Shown here in pieces: positions 30,072 through 41,300 of a DNA stretch of 64,000 nucleotides. The stretch spans positions 410,279 to 474,278 of the forward strand of contig NZ_SJPQ01000002.1 of the NCBI RefSeq assembly GCF_007859945.1. The letters run 5' to 3'. The position numbers and the translations under genes are program-made. The notes beneath the pieces are model-generated. The model worked only from the letters and a program-made list of their open reading frames with translations, was not told the origin of the DNA and made no database searches. The DNA is from Pseudobythopirellula maris. GTDB taxonomy: Bacteria; Planctomycetota; Planctomycetia; Pirellulales; Lacipirellulaceae. Position 1 is the first letter of the stretch. Every line of letters starts with the position of its first letter.

Positions 30072-30476
30072 TCATAGCAATTCCTTTAGCTCGAACAGGA
30101 GCTGGCCGGTTCCCTGCCAGACCAAACCGATCTGACAGATCGCCTCGACCGCGACGCAGATCTGCGAGATCGCCATCCCCGCCAGGGCGAACTGGCTTAC
30201 CGCAAAGGGCCCCACGCCGAACTGTGAGAGGTTGAAGAACCCGCAGCTGAACTGCCCCACTGCCAGCCAACCCTTGGCAAAGACCGGCATGCGGTTCTCC
30301 CGGTACTTGAAGGAGATGTGAACGAGCGGCAATCCGAGGAATACTTGCGGGCTCTTGTACTCGAAGCCGTAGCCATCCCAATCGGGGTCACTCGGGCGGG
30401 GAGCGCCGCACTGGGGACAGGTCGTAGCTGAAGGGCTGACTCCGTTGCCGCAGTCGCGGCAGGGGTTGGTCGCCAT
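30072..30476 (-). CDS. Zinc-ribbon (CxxC...CxxC) domain protein with C-terminal hydrophobic segments
   Basis: Start at MATNPCRDCGNGVSPSATTCPQCGAPRP. 5-nt gap to the upstream SHOCT gene. The ORF runs to 30698. Confidence 0.5.
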   Translation of the reverse strand: MATNPCRDCGNGVSPSATTCPQCGAPRPSDPDWDGYGFEYKSPQVFLGLPLVHISFKYRENRMPVFAKGWLAVGQFSCGFFNLSQFGVGPFAVSQFALAGMAISQICVAVEAICQIGLVWQGTGQLLFELKELL

Positions 30477-30481
30477 CGATC

Positions 30482-30982
30482 CTAGCTCCTGTCGAGGATT
30501 TCTTGTTTCTCGCGTTGGTATTCCTCTTCCGTGAGGATGCCCTCTTCGCGTAGCGCGTGCAACCGGCGGAGCTTCTCGTCGAACGGCAGGTCGGAGCCCG
30601 CGGCCTCGGAGCCCGATAGCTTGCCGGCGACTTCCGACAGGTCGACGCCCGCCTCGTCGAGCGTGTCTTTGAGCATGCCGCCCGACATGCGGCTCCACGG
30701 CTCGACGTCTTCGCGGGCCTTCTCGGGGTCGAGCACCAGCCCCGACCCGGCGAGGCCGGCGCGGCCGACCGTCGTGACCGCGCCGCCAGCGATCAGCAAG
30801 ACGACCCCCGAGAAGGCTCGCAGCATGCCGCTTTGGGCGCGACCACGAAAGTTATTGAAGTTGCCAAAGTTCATCGCGAAAGTGACGAACGTCGAGAGGA
30901 ACAACAGCAGCCCCAAGAGACTCATCCCCATGCCGACGTAATAGACCGCCTTTCGGCCTTCGGAAACTTGCTTGCGTTTCAC
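30482..30982 (-). CDS. Membrane protein with C-terminal SHOCT domain
   Basis: Two TM helices, then FDEKLRRLHALREEGILTEEEYQREKQEIL (SHOCT-like). Confidence 0.6.
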   Translation of the reverse strand: MKRKQVSEGRKAVYYVGMGMSLLGLLLFLSTFVTFAMNFGNFNNFRGRAQSGMLRAFSGVVLLIAGGAVTTVGRAGLAGSGLVLDPEKAREDVEPWSRMSGGMLKDTLDEAGVDLSEVAGKLSGSEAAGSDLPFDEKLRRLHALREEGILTEEEYQREKQEILDRS

Positions 30983-31010
30983 GGCGGGTGGTCCTCCTTG
31001 ATTGCACGGC

Positions 31011-31032
31011 CCCCGCCCAAGCTTGGTCGGGG
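31011..31032. repeat. Palindrome C copy (ccccgcccaagcttggtcgggg)
   Basis: Near-perfect 22-bp palindrome centred on AAGCTT. Confidence 0.8.
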
Positions 31033-31100
31033 CTAATTTCGAATGTAGCGGGGACGTTTCAATATATCAGAGACTCACGGCCCAAGAAAAAACCCCATAG

Positions 31101-31122
31101 CCCCGACCAAGCTTGGTCGGGG
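31101..31122. repeat. Palindrome C copy (ccccgaccaagcttggtcgggg)
   Basis: Perfect 22-bp palindrome. 90 bp from the previous copy. Between the flotillin and SHOCT genes. Confidence 0.85.
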
Positions 31123-31136
31123 CCCGGCCCAAGCGA

Positions 31137-32864
31137 TCAAGCCTCCGGCGAGGCCGGCGCCACGGCGGCGCCGTTCGACTCCGTTCTCGCCTTCACGCCT
31201 TCGCCTTTCGCGTCTTCCTCGGCGCCGACGAGCTTCGACAGGCTCTCGGGGATCTCCACGCCGCCGATGTCGCGCATCACCTGCATCATCGGCGGCAGCG
31301 TGCCGGCCATGCCGTGCAGGAAGTCGGCCGTGTTGGTGCGGCCGTCCTTGCCGCCGCCGTTCTCCCAGACCACGACCTTGTCGAACTTGATGTTGCTGAT
31401 CGCCTTGGCCGAGCTCTCGGCGAGATTGTCGAGGTGCTCGAGCATCATGAGCTGGAACGCCTCGCGGGCCCCGCCGCACGCCTCGACGATCGCCTTGAGG
31501 CCCTCGCCCTTCTTGGCCAGGATCTCGTACTGGCCGCGGGCCTCGGCGTCGAGCTTGGCGAAGATGGCCGCCGCTTCGCCCTCGGCCTCCAGGCGCCGCT
31601 TCTCGGCCTCGGCCTCGGCGTTGACCACGGTGCGGGCCTTCTCGGCCTTGGCGACGGCCTCGAACTCGGCCCGCTTCTCGGCCTCCACGCGTTCGGCCTC
31701 GGCCAACGCGGCCTTGGCCATCGCGCGGTTCTGCACCTCGATGACGGCCGCCTCGGCCTCGCGTTTGGCCGACTCGCCGCGCTCGTACGCCTCGGCCCGT
31801 TGGACGAGGAGCTCGGCCTGCGACTTGGCGACCTTGGCCTCGGCCACGTTCTCGCCGTCCACCGCCGTGGCGTTGGCTTCGGCCACGGCGATACGCTTGT
31901 CGCGGTCCGCGTCGTTGACCTCGACCTCGCGTTGGAACTCGGCGGTCCGCTCGCCGACGGTCTGCTCCTTGAGCATGTTGGCGACTTGCACCGCCCGGTC
32001 GCGCTCGGCGGCCTTCTCGCCGACGGTCTGCTCCTTCATCAGCTCGGCGATGCGCACCAGCTGCTCGCGTTCGGCCTCGCGGGTGCCAATCTCACGCAGC
32101 TTCGTGGCGTTGGCCACCTCGACGACCCGCTCGCGCTCGGCGTCGGCCACGCGGATCTCGCCGCGTTTCTCCTCGTCGGCCACGTCGGCACGGGCCGACT
32201 GGATCGCCTGGGCGGCCGCCTTCTGGCCGATCGCGTCGATGTAGCCCGACTCGTCCGTGATGTCCGTGATGTTGACGTTGATCAGCACCAGACCGATCTT
32301 CTTGAGCTCCGGCTCGACCGAGTTCTGGATGTGCTGCAAGAAGGCGTCGCGGTCGCGGTTGATGTCTTCGATGCCCATCGACGCGATCACCTGCCGCAGT
32401 TGGCCGAAGATGATCTCCTCGGCCTGCCCGCGGATCTCGGCGATCGAGAGCTCGAGCAGGCGGATCGCGGCGTTGTTCATCACGTCGGGCTGCGTGCCCA
32501 CCGCCACGGTGAACACGCTGGGGACGTTCACCCGGATGTTCTCGATCGACAGGGCGCCGCGTAGCGGGATCTCGATCTGGATCGGTTCGAGGCTCAGGTA
32601 GCGGTAGTCCTGCACGAACGGCAACACGTAAGTGGCGCCGCCGTGGATCGTCTTCGATGTCTCGCCCTTACCGACCAGCATGCCGTACTTCACCAGCACC
32701 TGGTTGCTGCTGCAGCGTTTGATCGTCGCCTTGATGAACGCGAACAAGAAAGACAAACCGAACAGCACCGCGAGGCAGATCGCAACGAACCAGAAAAGCG
32801 GGTGGTCGGTTATGCTCTGCTGAGCGAGCAGCGGCGCGACGCTCACGGTGTATGTATCCAACAT
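31137..32864 (-). CDS. Flotillin-like SPFH/band-7 domain protein (YqiK/FloA type)
   Basis: N-terminal TM helix, SPFH domain, long Ala/Glu-rich coiled-coil region with repeated EAEKR motifs. Confidence 0.8.
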   Translation of the reverse strand: MLDTYTVSVAPLLAQQSITDHPLFWFVAICLAVLFGLSFLFAFIKATIKRCSSNQVLVKYGMLVGKGETSKTIHGGATYVLPFVQDYRYLSLEPIQIEIPLRGALSIENIRVNVPSVFTVAVGTQPDVMNNAAIRLLELSIAEIRGQAEEIIFGQLRQVIASMGIEDINRDRDAFLQHIQNSVEPELKKIGLVLINVNITDITDESGYIDAIGQKAAAQAIQSARADVADEEKRGEIRVADAERERVVEVANATKLREIGTREAEREQLVRIAELMKEQTVGEKAAERDRAVQVANMLKEQTVGERTAEFQREVEVNDADRDKRIAVAEANATAVDGENVAEAKVAKSQAELLVQRAEAYERGESAKREAEAAVIEVQNRAMAKAALAEAERVEAEKRAEFEAVAKAEKARTVVNAEAEAEKRRLEAEGEAAAIFAKLDAEARGQYEILAKKGEGLKAIVEACGGAREAFQLMMLEHLDNLAESSAKAISNIKFDKVVVWENGGGKDGRTNTADFLHGMAGTLPPMMQVMRDIGGVEIPESLSKLVGAEEDAKGEGVKARTESNGAAVAPASPEA

Positions 32865-32922
32865 GGGAAAGCTCCGGTGGGTGTTTGCTTGTTTGGGGCA
32901 GCGCCGTCAGTCGGTGGCGATG

Positions 32923-33525
32923 TCAGCCTGTGGCGACGGGGTTCTGGCTGGGGGCCTCGGCGGCGATGGCCGCCACTTCGACCGTGTCGCTCGAAACGAT
33001 GTCGGTCACGACGATCTTCTCGCCCGTGGCGAGTCGCGCGTCGCCCGCCGTGACCGCTTGGTACTCGACGGTGCGTCCCTGCAGCATGAGGTGGATCTTG
33101 CCCGCCCGCGGCGGGTCGATCGGCACATAAACCTGTCCGGTGAGGCCGACGGCGCCGCGGATGTCGAGGTTGCCGGAGGTTTCGAGCTTGAAGACTTGCT
33201 TGAAGGCCCAGTAGACGGAGTACATGGCGGCGTAGCCGGCCGCCAGCGCCACGGCGAGCGACACACCGCTGTTCAGCCCCGAGGTCGAACACGCCTTGCC
33301 CGCCAGGCCGAAGAACGTGACGGCCGCCGTGACGGTGCGCAGCGAGATCATCTCGAACAGCCAGAAGCCGCTCGCATCGCCCCCGTCGAGGTCGGCGTCG
33401 GCGCCGTCGAAGGGGCCGTCGATCGCGTCGTCGGCGCCCTCCATGCCGAGCAGCATCGGCAAGGTTTGCAGCAGCAGCGCAGCGCCGCCGCCGATCGCGC
33501 ACCAGAAAAACAGTTCGTCGAGCAT
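32923..33525 (-). CDS. NfeD/YqiJ-like membrane protein (flotillin-associated)
   Basis: Start at MLDELFFWCAIGG. Membrane helices followed by an OB-fold-like C-terminus (LTGQVYVPIDPPRAGKIHLMLQGRTVEYQAV). Directly upstream of flotillin. Confidence 0.65.
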   Translation of the reverse strand: MLDELFFWCAIGGGAALLLQTLPMLLGMEGADDAIDGPFDGADADLDGGDASGFWLFEMISLRTVTAAVTFFGLAGKACSTSGLNSGVSLAVALAAGYAAMYSVYWAFKQVFKLETSGNLDIRGAVGLTGQVYVPIDPPRAGKIHLMLQGRTVEYQAVTAGDARLATGEKIVVTDIVSSDTVEVAAIAAEAPSQNPVATG

Positions 33526-33788
33526 CGCAGCGCTCCGGGTTGGCGAACGCAAAAAACGGGAACCCTCGCCCCGCCTTGCGGCCGACTCCGTAAGCTTGCC
33601 GCACGGGGGGCGGGTCGACGGTTTATTCGCCCCACGGGGGCCGATCTTGCCAGAAAAGAGGCCCCCCGGACGGGGCAATTAGACCGGTTGCGCCGGTCAG
33701 TATAGCGGCAACCCGCGAAGGCCCAAGCAAAAAACGGCGGTCGGCACGGGTTTCGACGACCGGAGGTCGTCGGCTATTGGCTAACGGC

Positions 33789-35201
33789 TCAGATGTCGTA
33801 GTACATGCAGAACTCGTACGGGTGCGGCCTGAGGTCGATTTGGCGGATCTCGTTCTGCCGCTTGTAATCGATCCAGGTGCTGATCACGTCTTGGGTGAAG
33901 ACGTCGCCGCGGAGCAGGAACTCGTGGTCGTCCGTCAAGGCGTCGAGCGCTTCGGCGAGCGAGGCGGGGGTCTTCGGCACGTCGGAGAGCTCTTCGGGCG
34001 TGAGGTCGTAGATGTCCTTGTCCAAGGGCTCGCCGGGGTGGATCTTGTTCTGCACGCCGTCGAGCGCCGCCATCATCAGCGCGCTGAAAGCCAGGTAAGG
34101 GTTCGCGCTCGGGTCGGGGCAGCGGAACTCGATCCGCTTGGCCTTGGGGCTGGGCGAGTACATCGGGATGCGGCAGGCGGCCGAGCGGTTGCGCTGGCTG
34201 TAGGCCAGGTTCACGGGCGCCTCGAAGCCGGGGACCAGCCGCTTGTAGCTGTTGGTCGTGGGGTTGGTGAACGCCAAGAGCGCGGGGGCGTGCTTGAGGA
34301 TGCCGCCGAGGGCGAACAGGGCGTCGTCACTCAGGCCGGCGTAGCCGCCGCCGGCGAACAGCGGTTCGCCCCCCTTCCAGAACGAGATGTGCGTGTGCAT
34401 GCCCGAGCCGTTGTCGTTGTAGAGCGGCTTGGGCATGAACGTCACGGTGCGGCCGCCGCGGTGGGCGACGTTCTTGACGATGTACTTGTACAGGCAGAGG
34501 TTGTCCGCCATGCGCACCAGTTCGCCGTACTTCAGGTCGATCTCGCTCTGCCCGGCGGTGGCCACCTCGTGGTGCTGGCACTCGACGTCGAGCCCGCAGT
34601 CGATCATCGACTGCATCATCTCGTTGCGGAGGTTCATCAGCTGGTCGGCCGGCGGGCAGGGGAAGTACCCCTCCTTGTGCCGCAGCTTGTGGCCGAGGTT
34701 CGGCCCCTCGTCGGCGCCGCGGTTCCACTCCGCCTCGCCGCTGTCGAGGAAGTAGAACGCCTCGTTCGGGCGGTGGTCGAACCGCACGTCGTCGAACACG
34801 AAGAACTCGGCCTCGGGACCGATGTAGCACGTGTCGGCAACGCCGGTGCTCTTGAGGTAGTTGGCCGCCTTGCGGGCCACGTTGCGCGGGTCGCGGGTGT
34901 AGTCCTCACGCGTGATCGGGTCCTGCACGTTGCAGATCATGCAGACCGTGGGCAGGTCGGTGAACGGGTCGATGAACGCCGTGTCGGGCTCGGGCACGAG
35001 GAGCATGTCGCTCTCGTTGATCGACTGCCAGCCGCGGATGCTCGAGCCGTCGAACCCGAGGCCCTCTTCGAAGACCGACTCCTCGAGCTTGCCCACCGGG
35101 ATCGTGAAGTGCTGCCACAGCCCGGGGAAGTCCATGAAGCGGAAGTCGACCGCCTTGACATCCTTCTCGCGGCACAGCGTCAAAACTTCTTGCGGGGTCA
35201 T
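33789..35201 (-). CDS. glnA: Glutamine synthetase type I
   Basis: [25 protein letters not shown]... N-terminus. GSGMHTHIS and NPYLAFSA motifs. ~470 aa from the chosen start. Confidence 0.88.
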   Translation of the reverse strand: MTPQEVLTLCREKDVKAVDFRFMDFPGLWQHFTIPVGKLEESVFEEGLGFDGSSIRGWQSINESDMLLVPEPDTAFIDPFTDLPTVCMICNVQDPITREDYTRDPRNVARKAANYLKSTGVADTCYIGPEAEFFVFDDVRFDHRPNEAFYFLDSGEAEWNRGADEGPNLGHKLRHKEGYFPCPPADQLMNLRNEMMQSMIDCGLDVECQHHEVATAGQSEIDLKYGELVRMADNLCLYKYIVKNVAHRGGRTVTFMPKPLYNDNGSGMHTHISFWKGGEPLFAGGGYAGLSDDALFALGGILKHAPALLAFTNPTTNSYKRLVPGFEAPVNLAYSQRNRSAACRIPMYSPSPKAKRIEFRCPDPSANPYLAFSALMMAALDGVQNKIHPGEPLDKDIYDLTPEELSDVPKTPASLAEALDALTDDHEFLLRGDVFTQDVISTWIDYKRQNEIRQIDLRPHPYEFCMYYDI

Positions 35202-35339
35202 CGCCGGGGGGTCTCGCATGCGGGGAGGGCAAGCGTCGGCGCGCGGCCGACAAAGGCTACTCGCCAGCGTAGCAATCCCCCGCCCGGCGGGCAATGAACC
35301 GCAAGGGCTCACGGCTCGCCATGGCCTTCGGTTGGCGAC

Positions 35340-38300
35340 TCACGCCGACGACCCCGCCGCCAAGCACGCCTCAAGGTGCTCCGCCACAAAGCCGGCCAAA
35401 TCACCCCGCGCCAGGTCGTCTTGCTCGACGAACTTCAGCCGCACGGTGTCGCGGTCTTCGCGATCGACGTTGAGCTCTTGCTCCACGCCGAGCTCGGTGA
35501 TCTGGCCCAGTTGGAAGGCGCCCTTCGGACCGTTGAGCGCTAGCTCCACGTTCTCGGGACGCTTGGTCACCAGCGTGGCCCACGGCTCGGTGCGGCCGGG
35601 GACCATGCGGTGCACCAGCACCTTGTTGTTCCAGAGAAACTCCCCCTTGGGCGACGACTCGGCGACCATCTCGAGCAGCTCCTCCAGCAGCTCGGTCGAC
35701 CAGACGACCTTCTTGCCGGGCGCAAAGCCCTTGCGGGCCAAGTGCCACTTCTGGCCGAGCACTTTCCACGGCATCAGGTCTTCGGGGTTCTGCTCCACGC
35801 GGGTGGCGAACCGCTGGAAGCCCTCGACCGCCTTCTCGACGAATTCCCAGAAGGCGGGCTTGTCGAGCTCCCGCATCGTCAGCGCGGCGATCTGCACCTC
35901 CTGCCAGGGGCCACGGAGGTTCTTGCACTGCACGCGTGGGCCCGAGCCGTAGGCCTCGACGTCGTCCAGATCGTTCAGCGATTTCAGCGCCAGGTCCATC
36001 ACCAGTTGATCGCGTTGGAAGGTCTTTTTGGCGGTGCGGAACTTGAGCTTCACCAGCGCCCGCTCGCCGGTGAGGGCGTGGAAGAACCAGCCGTCCGATT
36101 TCTTCTGGCCGGTGATCTCGACGATCGAGCGGTTGTTCCAGTTGGTGGGGGCAAAATCACCCAACGACTGGATTTTCCGCTCCACGCGGTCGAGCAGCTT
36201 CCCTTCCCACAGGCAGGAAGACCCGTCCCGCGCAACGCGATCTTGGCAATGCCAGCGGCGGCCATCCTCTTCCCAGGGCATTTTGACCCCTTCGCCGACC
36301 TCGTCGAGGTCGAGATCGCCCTGCTGATCGGGGTCGTCGGCCGCGGGGTCGTAGAGCGGCCGCTCCTCATAGGGGCCTTCGGCGAGGATCGGGGCGAGGG
36401 CCAGGGCGGTGTGCGAGGCGGCTGCGGGATTCGGCTTGCCGTTCGCGGAGACTCCGGCGGCCGCGTCCTTCGATTTTTTCTTGCCCTTCTTGCTCGCCCT
36501 GCCGGCGCCCGCGGCCTGCATTTCCTCGACCAGCATCTCGGGCGTCCCCTCGACGACGACCTCGCCGCCGTGCTTGCCCGCCTCCGGACCGATGTCAATC
36601 ACCCAGTCGCACTGCTTGATGACGTCGAGGTTGTGCTCGATCACCACCACCGTGTTGCCCATGTCCACCAGCCGGTGCAGCACGCCGAGCAGCTTGGCCA
36701 GGTCGTCGAAGTGCAGGCCGGTGGTCGGCTCGTCCAAGAGGTAGAGCGTGCGGCCCGTGTCGGGCCGGGCGAGTTCGGAGGCGAGCTTCACGCGCTGCGC
36801 CTCGCCGCCCGAGAGTGTCGGCGCGCTCTGGCCGAGCGTGACGTAGTCGAGTCCCACGTCGCACAGCGTCTTGAGCACGCGGCGGATCTTGGGGATGTTC
36901 GAGAACAGCTTGAGGGCCTCGGCGCACGGCATCGCCAGCACGTCGGCGATCGTCTTCTCGCGGTAGCGGACCGAAAGCGTGTCGGGGTTGTAGCGCTGGC
37001 CCTGGCAGACCTCGCACTCGATCCACACGTCGGGCAGGAAGTGCATCTCGACGCAGGTCTGGCCCGCGCCCTCGCAGGCGTCGCAGCGGCCGCCGGCCAC
37101 GTTGAAGCTGAACTGGCGGGCCGTGTAGCCGCGCAGCTTCGCCTCGGGCAGTTGGGCGAACAGCTGGCGGATGAGGTCGAACGCCCCGGTGTAGGTGGCC
37201 GGGTTGCTCGAGGGCGAATTGCCCAGCGGCGTCTGGTCGACGCGGATCACCTTGTTGATGTGCGACAGGCCGCGGATGCGGTCGTGCTTGCCCGCCACGG
37301 CGCCCGCGCGGTGCAGTGTGCGGGCGAGTTGGTTGAATAAGATCTCGTTCACGAGCGATGACTTGCCCGAGCCCGACACGCCGGTGACGGCCGTCAGGAC
37401 GCCGAGCGGGAAGTCGATGTCGATGTTCTTGAGGTTGTTGTGCCGGGCGCCCTCGACGCGGAGGGTCTGCGCCAACGAACGACGGAGCACGAACGACGCG
37501 TAGTCCTCGACGGTTTCCAGATCGCTGTCGCTCGTCATGAGGAACTCGTCGTTCTCCCGGCCGCCCTCCGGCGCGGTGATCCGTCGGTTCGACGGCACCA
37601 TGATCGCCTTCTTGCCGCTCAAGTAGGGGCCGGTCACGCTCTTGCGTTTCTTCGAGACCTGCTCGGGCGTGCCGTCGGCGACGATCTGGCCGCCGTTCAC
37701 GCCGGCGCCGGGGCCGAAGTCGATCAAGCGGTCGGCGCTCGCCACGACTTCTTTGTCGTGCTCCACGACCAGCAGCGTGTTGCCCAGGTCGCGGAGCTTC
37801 TGCAGCGCCTCGATCAGCCGGGTGTTGTCTCTCGGGTGGAGGCCGATCGTCGGCTCGTCCAGCACGTAGAGCACGCCGACCAGCCCGCTGCCGACCTGGC
37901 TGGCGAGGCGGATCCGCTGGCTCTCGCCGCCCGACAGGCTCGGCGCCGTGCGGCCGAGCGTCAGGTACTCCAGTCCGACGTCCACCAAGAACGTGACGCG
38001 GCTGGAGATCTCACGCACAATCTCGCCGGCGATCTTTTTCTCGCGCTTGTCGAGCTTCCACCCCTGTACTGTCGGCAGGAGTTCGCCGAGCGGCAGGTTG
38101 ACGATCTGGTCGATCGTTTGGCTGCGGAACCGCACGGCCGAGGCGTCGTCGCGCAGCCGGCTGCTGCCGCACTCGCTGCAGTCGATTTCGTCGACGAGGT
38201 GCTCGAGGTGCGAGCGCAGCTTGGGCGAGAGACGCGAGGCCTCTTCCAGGGCGGGGTAGAGGCCCTTGAATTGGAACTTGAGCGGGGCGCTAGTTGAAGA

Positions 38301-41300
38301 ACCGGCTTTGCCTTTCTTGCTTTTACTAACGCCTAGCGCCTCGTTACTCGCAGCTTCATCGAGCGTGACCCACTCGTCGCCCGTGCCGTAGAGCAGCACC
38401 CGGCGGTGGCGGGCGCTGAGGCGGTTGTAGGGCGTGTCCGTGGGCAAGCCGGTGTGCTCGGCGAGCGCGGCGAGCATCGCTTTGGACAAATCGTTCGACA
38501 GGTGCGGCCAGAGCAACACGGCGCCCTGGGCGAGGGTGAGCTCGTCGTCACGCAGCATCGACGCCGGGTTGGCGCCGGTCTGTGTGCCGAGGCCCTCGCA
38601 CGAGGGGCACCATCCCAGTTCGCTATTGAACGAGAAGTTGTGCGGCGTGAGCGACTCGAAACTTCGGCCGCAACCGTCGCACGCCAGGTGCTGGCTGTGG
38701 CGGCGGGTGCGCCAACGCGGCTCGGCGCGCTCGTCCTCGGGGTACGAAACGAGCATCACGCCGTGACCGATCGACAGGGCCGACTCGACCGCCTCGGCGA
38801 TCCGCCCGCGGTAAGAAGGCTTGACCACGATGCGGTCGACCACCACGGCCGCCTCGTGCCGCTGGCGGCGGTCGATGCGCGGCGGGTCCTCCAGGTCGTG
38901 CGTCTGGCCGTCAACCCGCACGCGCCGGAAGCCCGCCTTGCGGAGCTGGGTCCAGAGCTCGGCGTACGAGTCGTTCGGCGCCGGCTCGACCGGGGCCATC
39001 AGCTGCAGCTTGGTCCCCTCGGGCTCGGCCATCACCTTGTCGACCACCTGGTCGGAGGTCTGCGTGCCGATGGGCGTCTCGCACTCGGGGCAGTACGGCG
39101 CGCCGAGGCGGGCGAAGAGCACCCGGAAGTAGTCGTAGATCTCGGTGACCGTGCCCACGGTGGAGCGTGGCGAGTGGCCCATGCTGCGCTGCTCGATCGC
39201 CACGGCGGGCGACAGGCCCTCGATGTGGTCGAGCAGCGGCTTCTGCATCTGGCCGACGAACTGCCGGGCGTAGGAGCTGAGGCTCTCGACGTAGCGGCGT
39301 TGCCCCTCGGCGTAGATCGTGTCCATCGCGAGCGACGACTTGCCCGAGCCGCTCGGGCCGCAGAGCACGGTCATCTCGTCACGGGGGAACTTGGCGTCGA
39401 CGCCGCGCAGGTTGTGCTGCCGCGCGCCGCGCACCTCGATGTGGGTCGCCTGCGGCGCCGCCCGCTTGGGCGCCTTGGCCGTCGGCTTGTCGGCCATCGT
39501 GCCGTCGAGCACCGGGCCGAGCGCCTCGCCCGTGTAGGAACGCAACGCGGGATTGTCACGGGTGTGCTCGACGAGCGCCTCGGGCGTGCCCGAGAAGACC
39601 ACCTGCCCGCCGCCGGCGCCCCCCTCGGGGCCGATGTCGATGAGCCAGTCGGCGGTCTTGATCACGTCGAGGTTGTGCTCCACCACCAGCACCGTGTTGC
39701 CGGCGTCGGCGAAGTTGTGCAGCACGTTGAGCAGCATCTCGATGTCGGCGAAGTGCAGCCCGGTCGTCGGCTCGTCCAAGAGGTAGAGCGTCTTGCCCGT
39801 CGACTTCTTGACCAGCTCTTTGGCGAGCTTGATCCGCTGCGCCTCGCCGCCCGAGAGCGTGGGCGAAGGCTGGCCGATCTTCAGGTAGTCGAGGCCCACC
39901 GCGTGCAGCGTCGAGAGCTTGTGGTTGATCGACGGGATCGCCTCGAAGTGCTCGAGCGCCTGGCAGATGTCCATCTCCAGGGCGTCGGCGATGCTCACGC
40001 CCTTGTACTCGACTTGCAGGGTCTCGCGGTTGAACCGCTTGCCCGCGCACACCTGGCAGGTGACCCACACGTCGGCCAAGAAGTCCATCTCGAGCTTGTT
40101 GGCGCCGTTGCCCTCGCACGCCTCACAGCGTCCGCCGGCCACGTTGAAGCTGAACCGCCCCGGCTTGTAGCCGCGCCGCTTCGACTCGGGCAGCTGGGCG
40201 TAGAGGTTGCGTATGTCGTCGAACACCTTGATGTAGGTGCCCGGGTTGGAGCGCGGCGTGCGGCCGATCGGCGACTGGTCGATCGCGATGATCTTGTCGA
40301 GCTGGTCGACCCCCTCGATGCGGTCGTGGTCGCCCGGCTTGCCCTTGCCCTTCATCAGGTCGCGGAGCAACGCCTCGCGCAAGATGCTGTTCACGAGCGA
40401 GCTCTTGCCCGAGCCCGAAACGCCGGTCACACAGACGAAGGCGCCGAGCGGGATCTCGACCGTGACGTCTTTGAGGTTGTTCTGGCGGGCGCCCACGACG
40501 GTGAGAGTCGGGAAGCCCGCACTCCCCTCCCCTGCCGGGGAAGGGGGATCTTGCAGCCGCCGCGTCTTCGGCACCTCGATCTTCCGCTTGCCGCCGAGGT
40601 ACGCGCCGGTGACGCTCTTGCGTTTCTTCGCGATCTCGTCCGCCGTGCCGACCGCCACGACCTCGCCCCCCTTCACGCCGGGGCCGGGGCCGAAGTCGAT
40701 GAGCAGGTCGGCCGCGCGCATCGTGTCTTCGTCGTGCTCGACCACGACCACGGTGTTGCCCAGGTCGCGCAGGCGGGTGAGCGTTTCGATCAGCCGGTCG
40801 TTGTCGCGCGGGTGGAGGCCGATCGACGGCTCGTCCAAGATGTAGAGCACGCCGACCAGTCCGCAGCCGACCTGCCCCGCCAAGCGTATGCGCTGCGTCT
40901 CGCCGCCCGAGAGCGTCGGCGCCGTGCGGTTGAGCGACAGGTACTCCAGGCCCACGCCGGCGAGGAACCCGAGCCGCCCGCGCACCTCCTTGATCGCCTC
41001 TTCGGCGATCGTGCGTTGCGGCTTGCTGAGCACGAGGTCGGCGAAATAGTCTCCCGCCTCGGAGATCGACAGCTCGCACAGCTCGGGCAGGCTCTTGGTC
41101 GGGGCGCCGGCGAACGCCGGGTTGGCGGTCGTGATCTTCACGCCCCGCGCACGATCGTTGATCCGCTGCCCCTCGCAGTCGGGGCAGTCGATCACCCGCA
41201 TGAACTTCTCGAGCTGGCGGATCTGCATCTGGCTCTGCGTAGAGCGGTACTTCTCCAGCAACTCGGGGATCACGCCCTCGAACTCACCGCCGTACTTTTG

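Noticed and set aside
40525-40548. Idea that the palindrome-D copy marks the fusion junction of two ancestral uvrA genes
   Set aside because: The residue count places it in the normal NBD-I/NBD-II linker of unit 1 (aa ~655-670), not at the unit1/unit2 junction (aa ~1000-1025).
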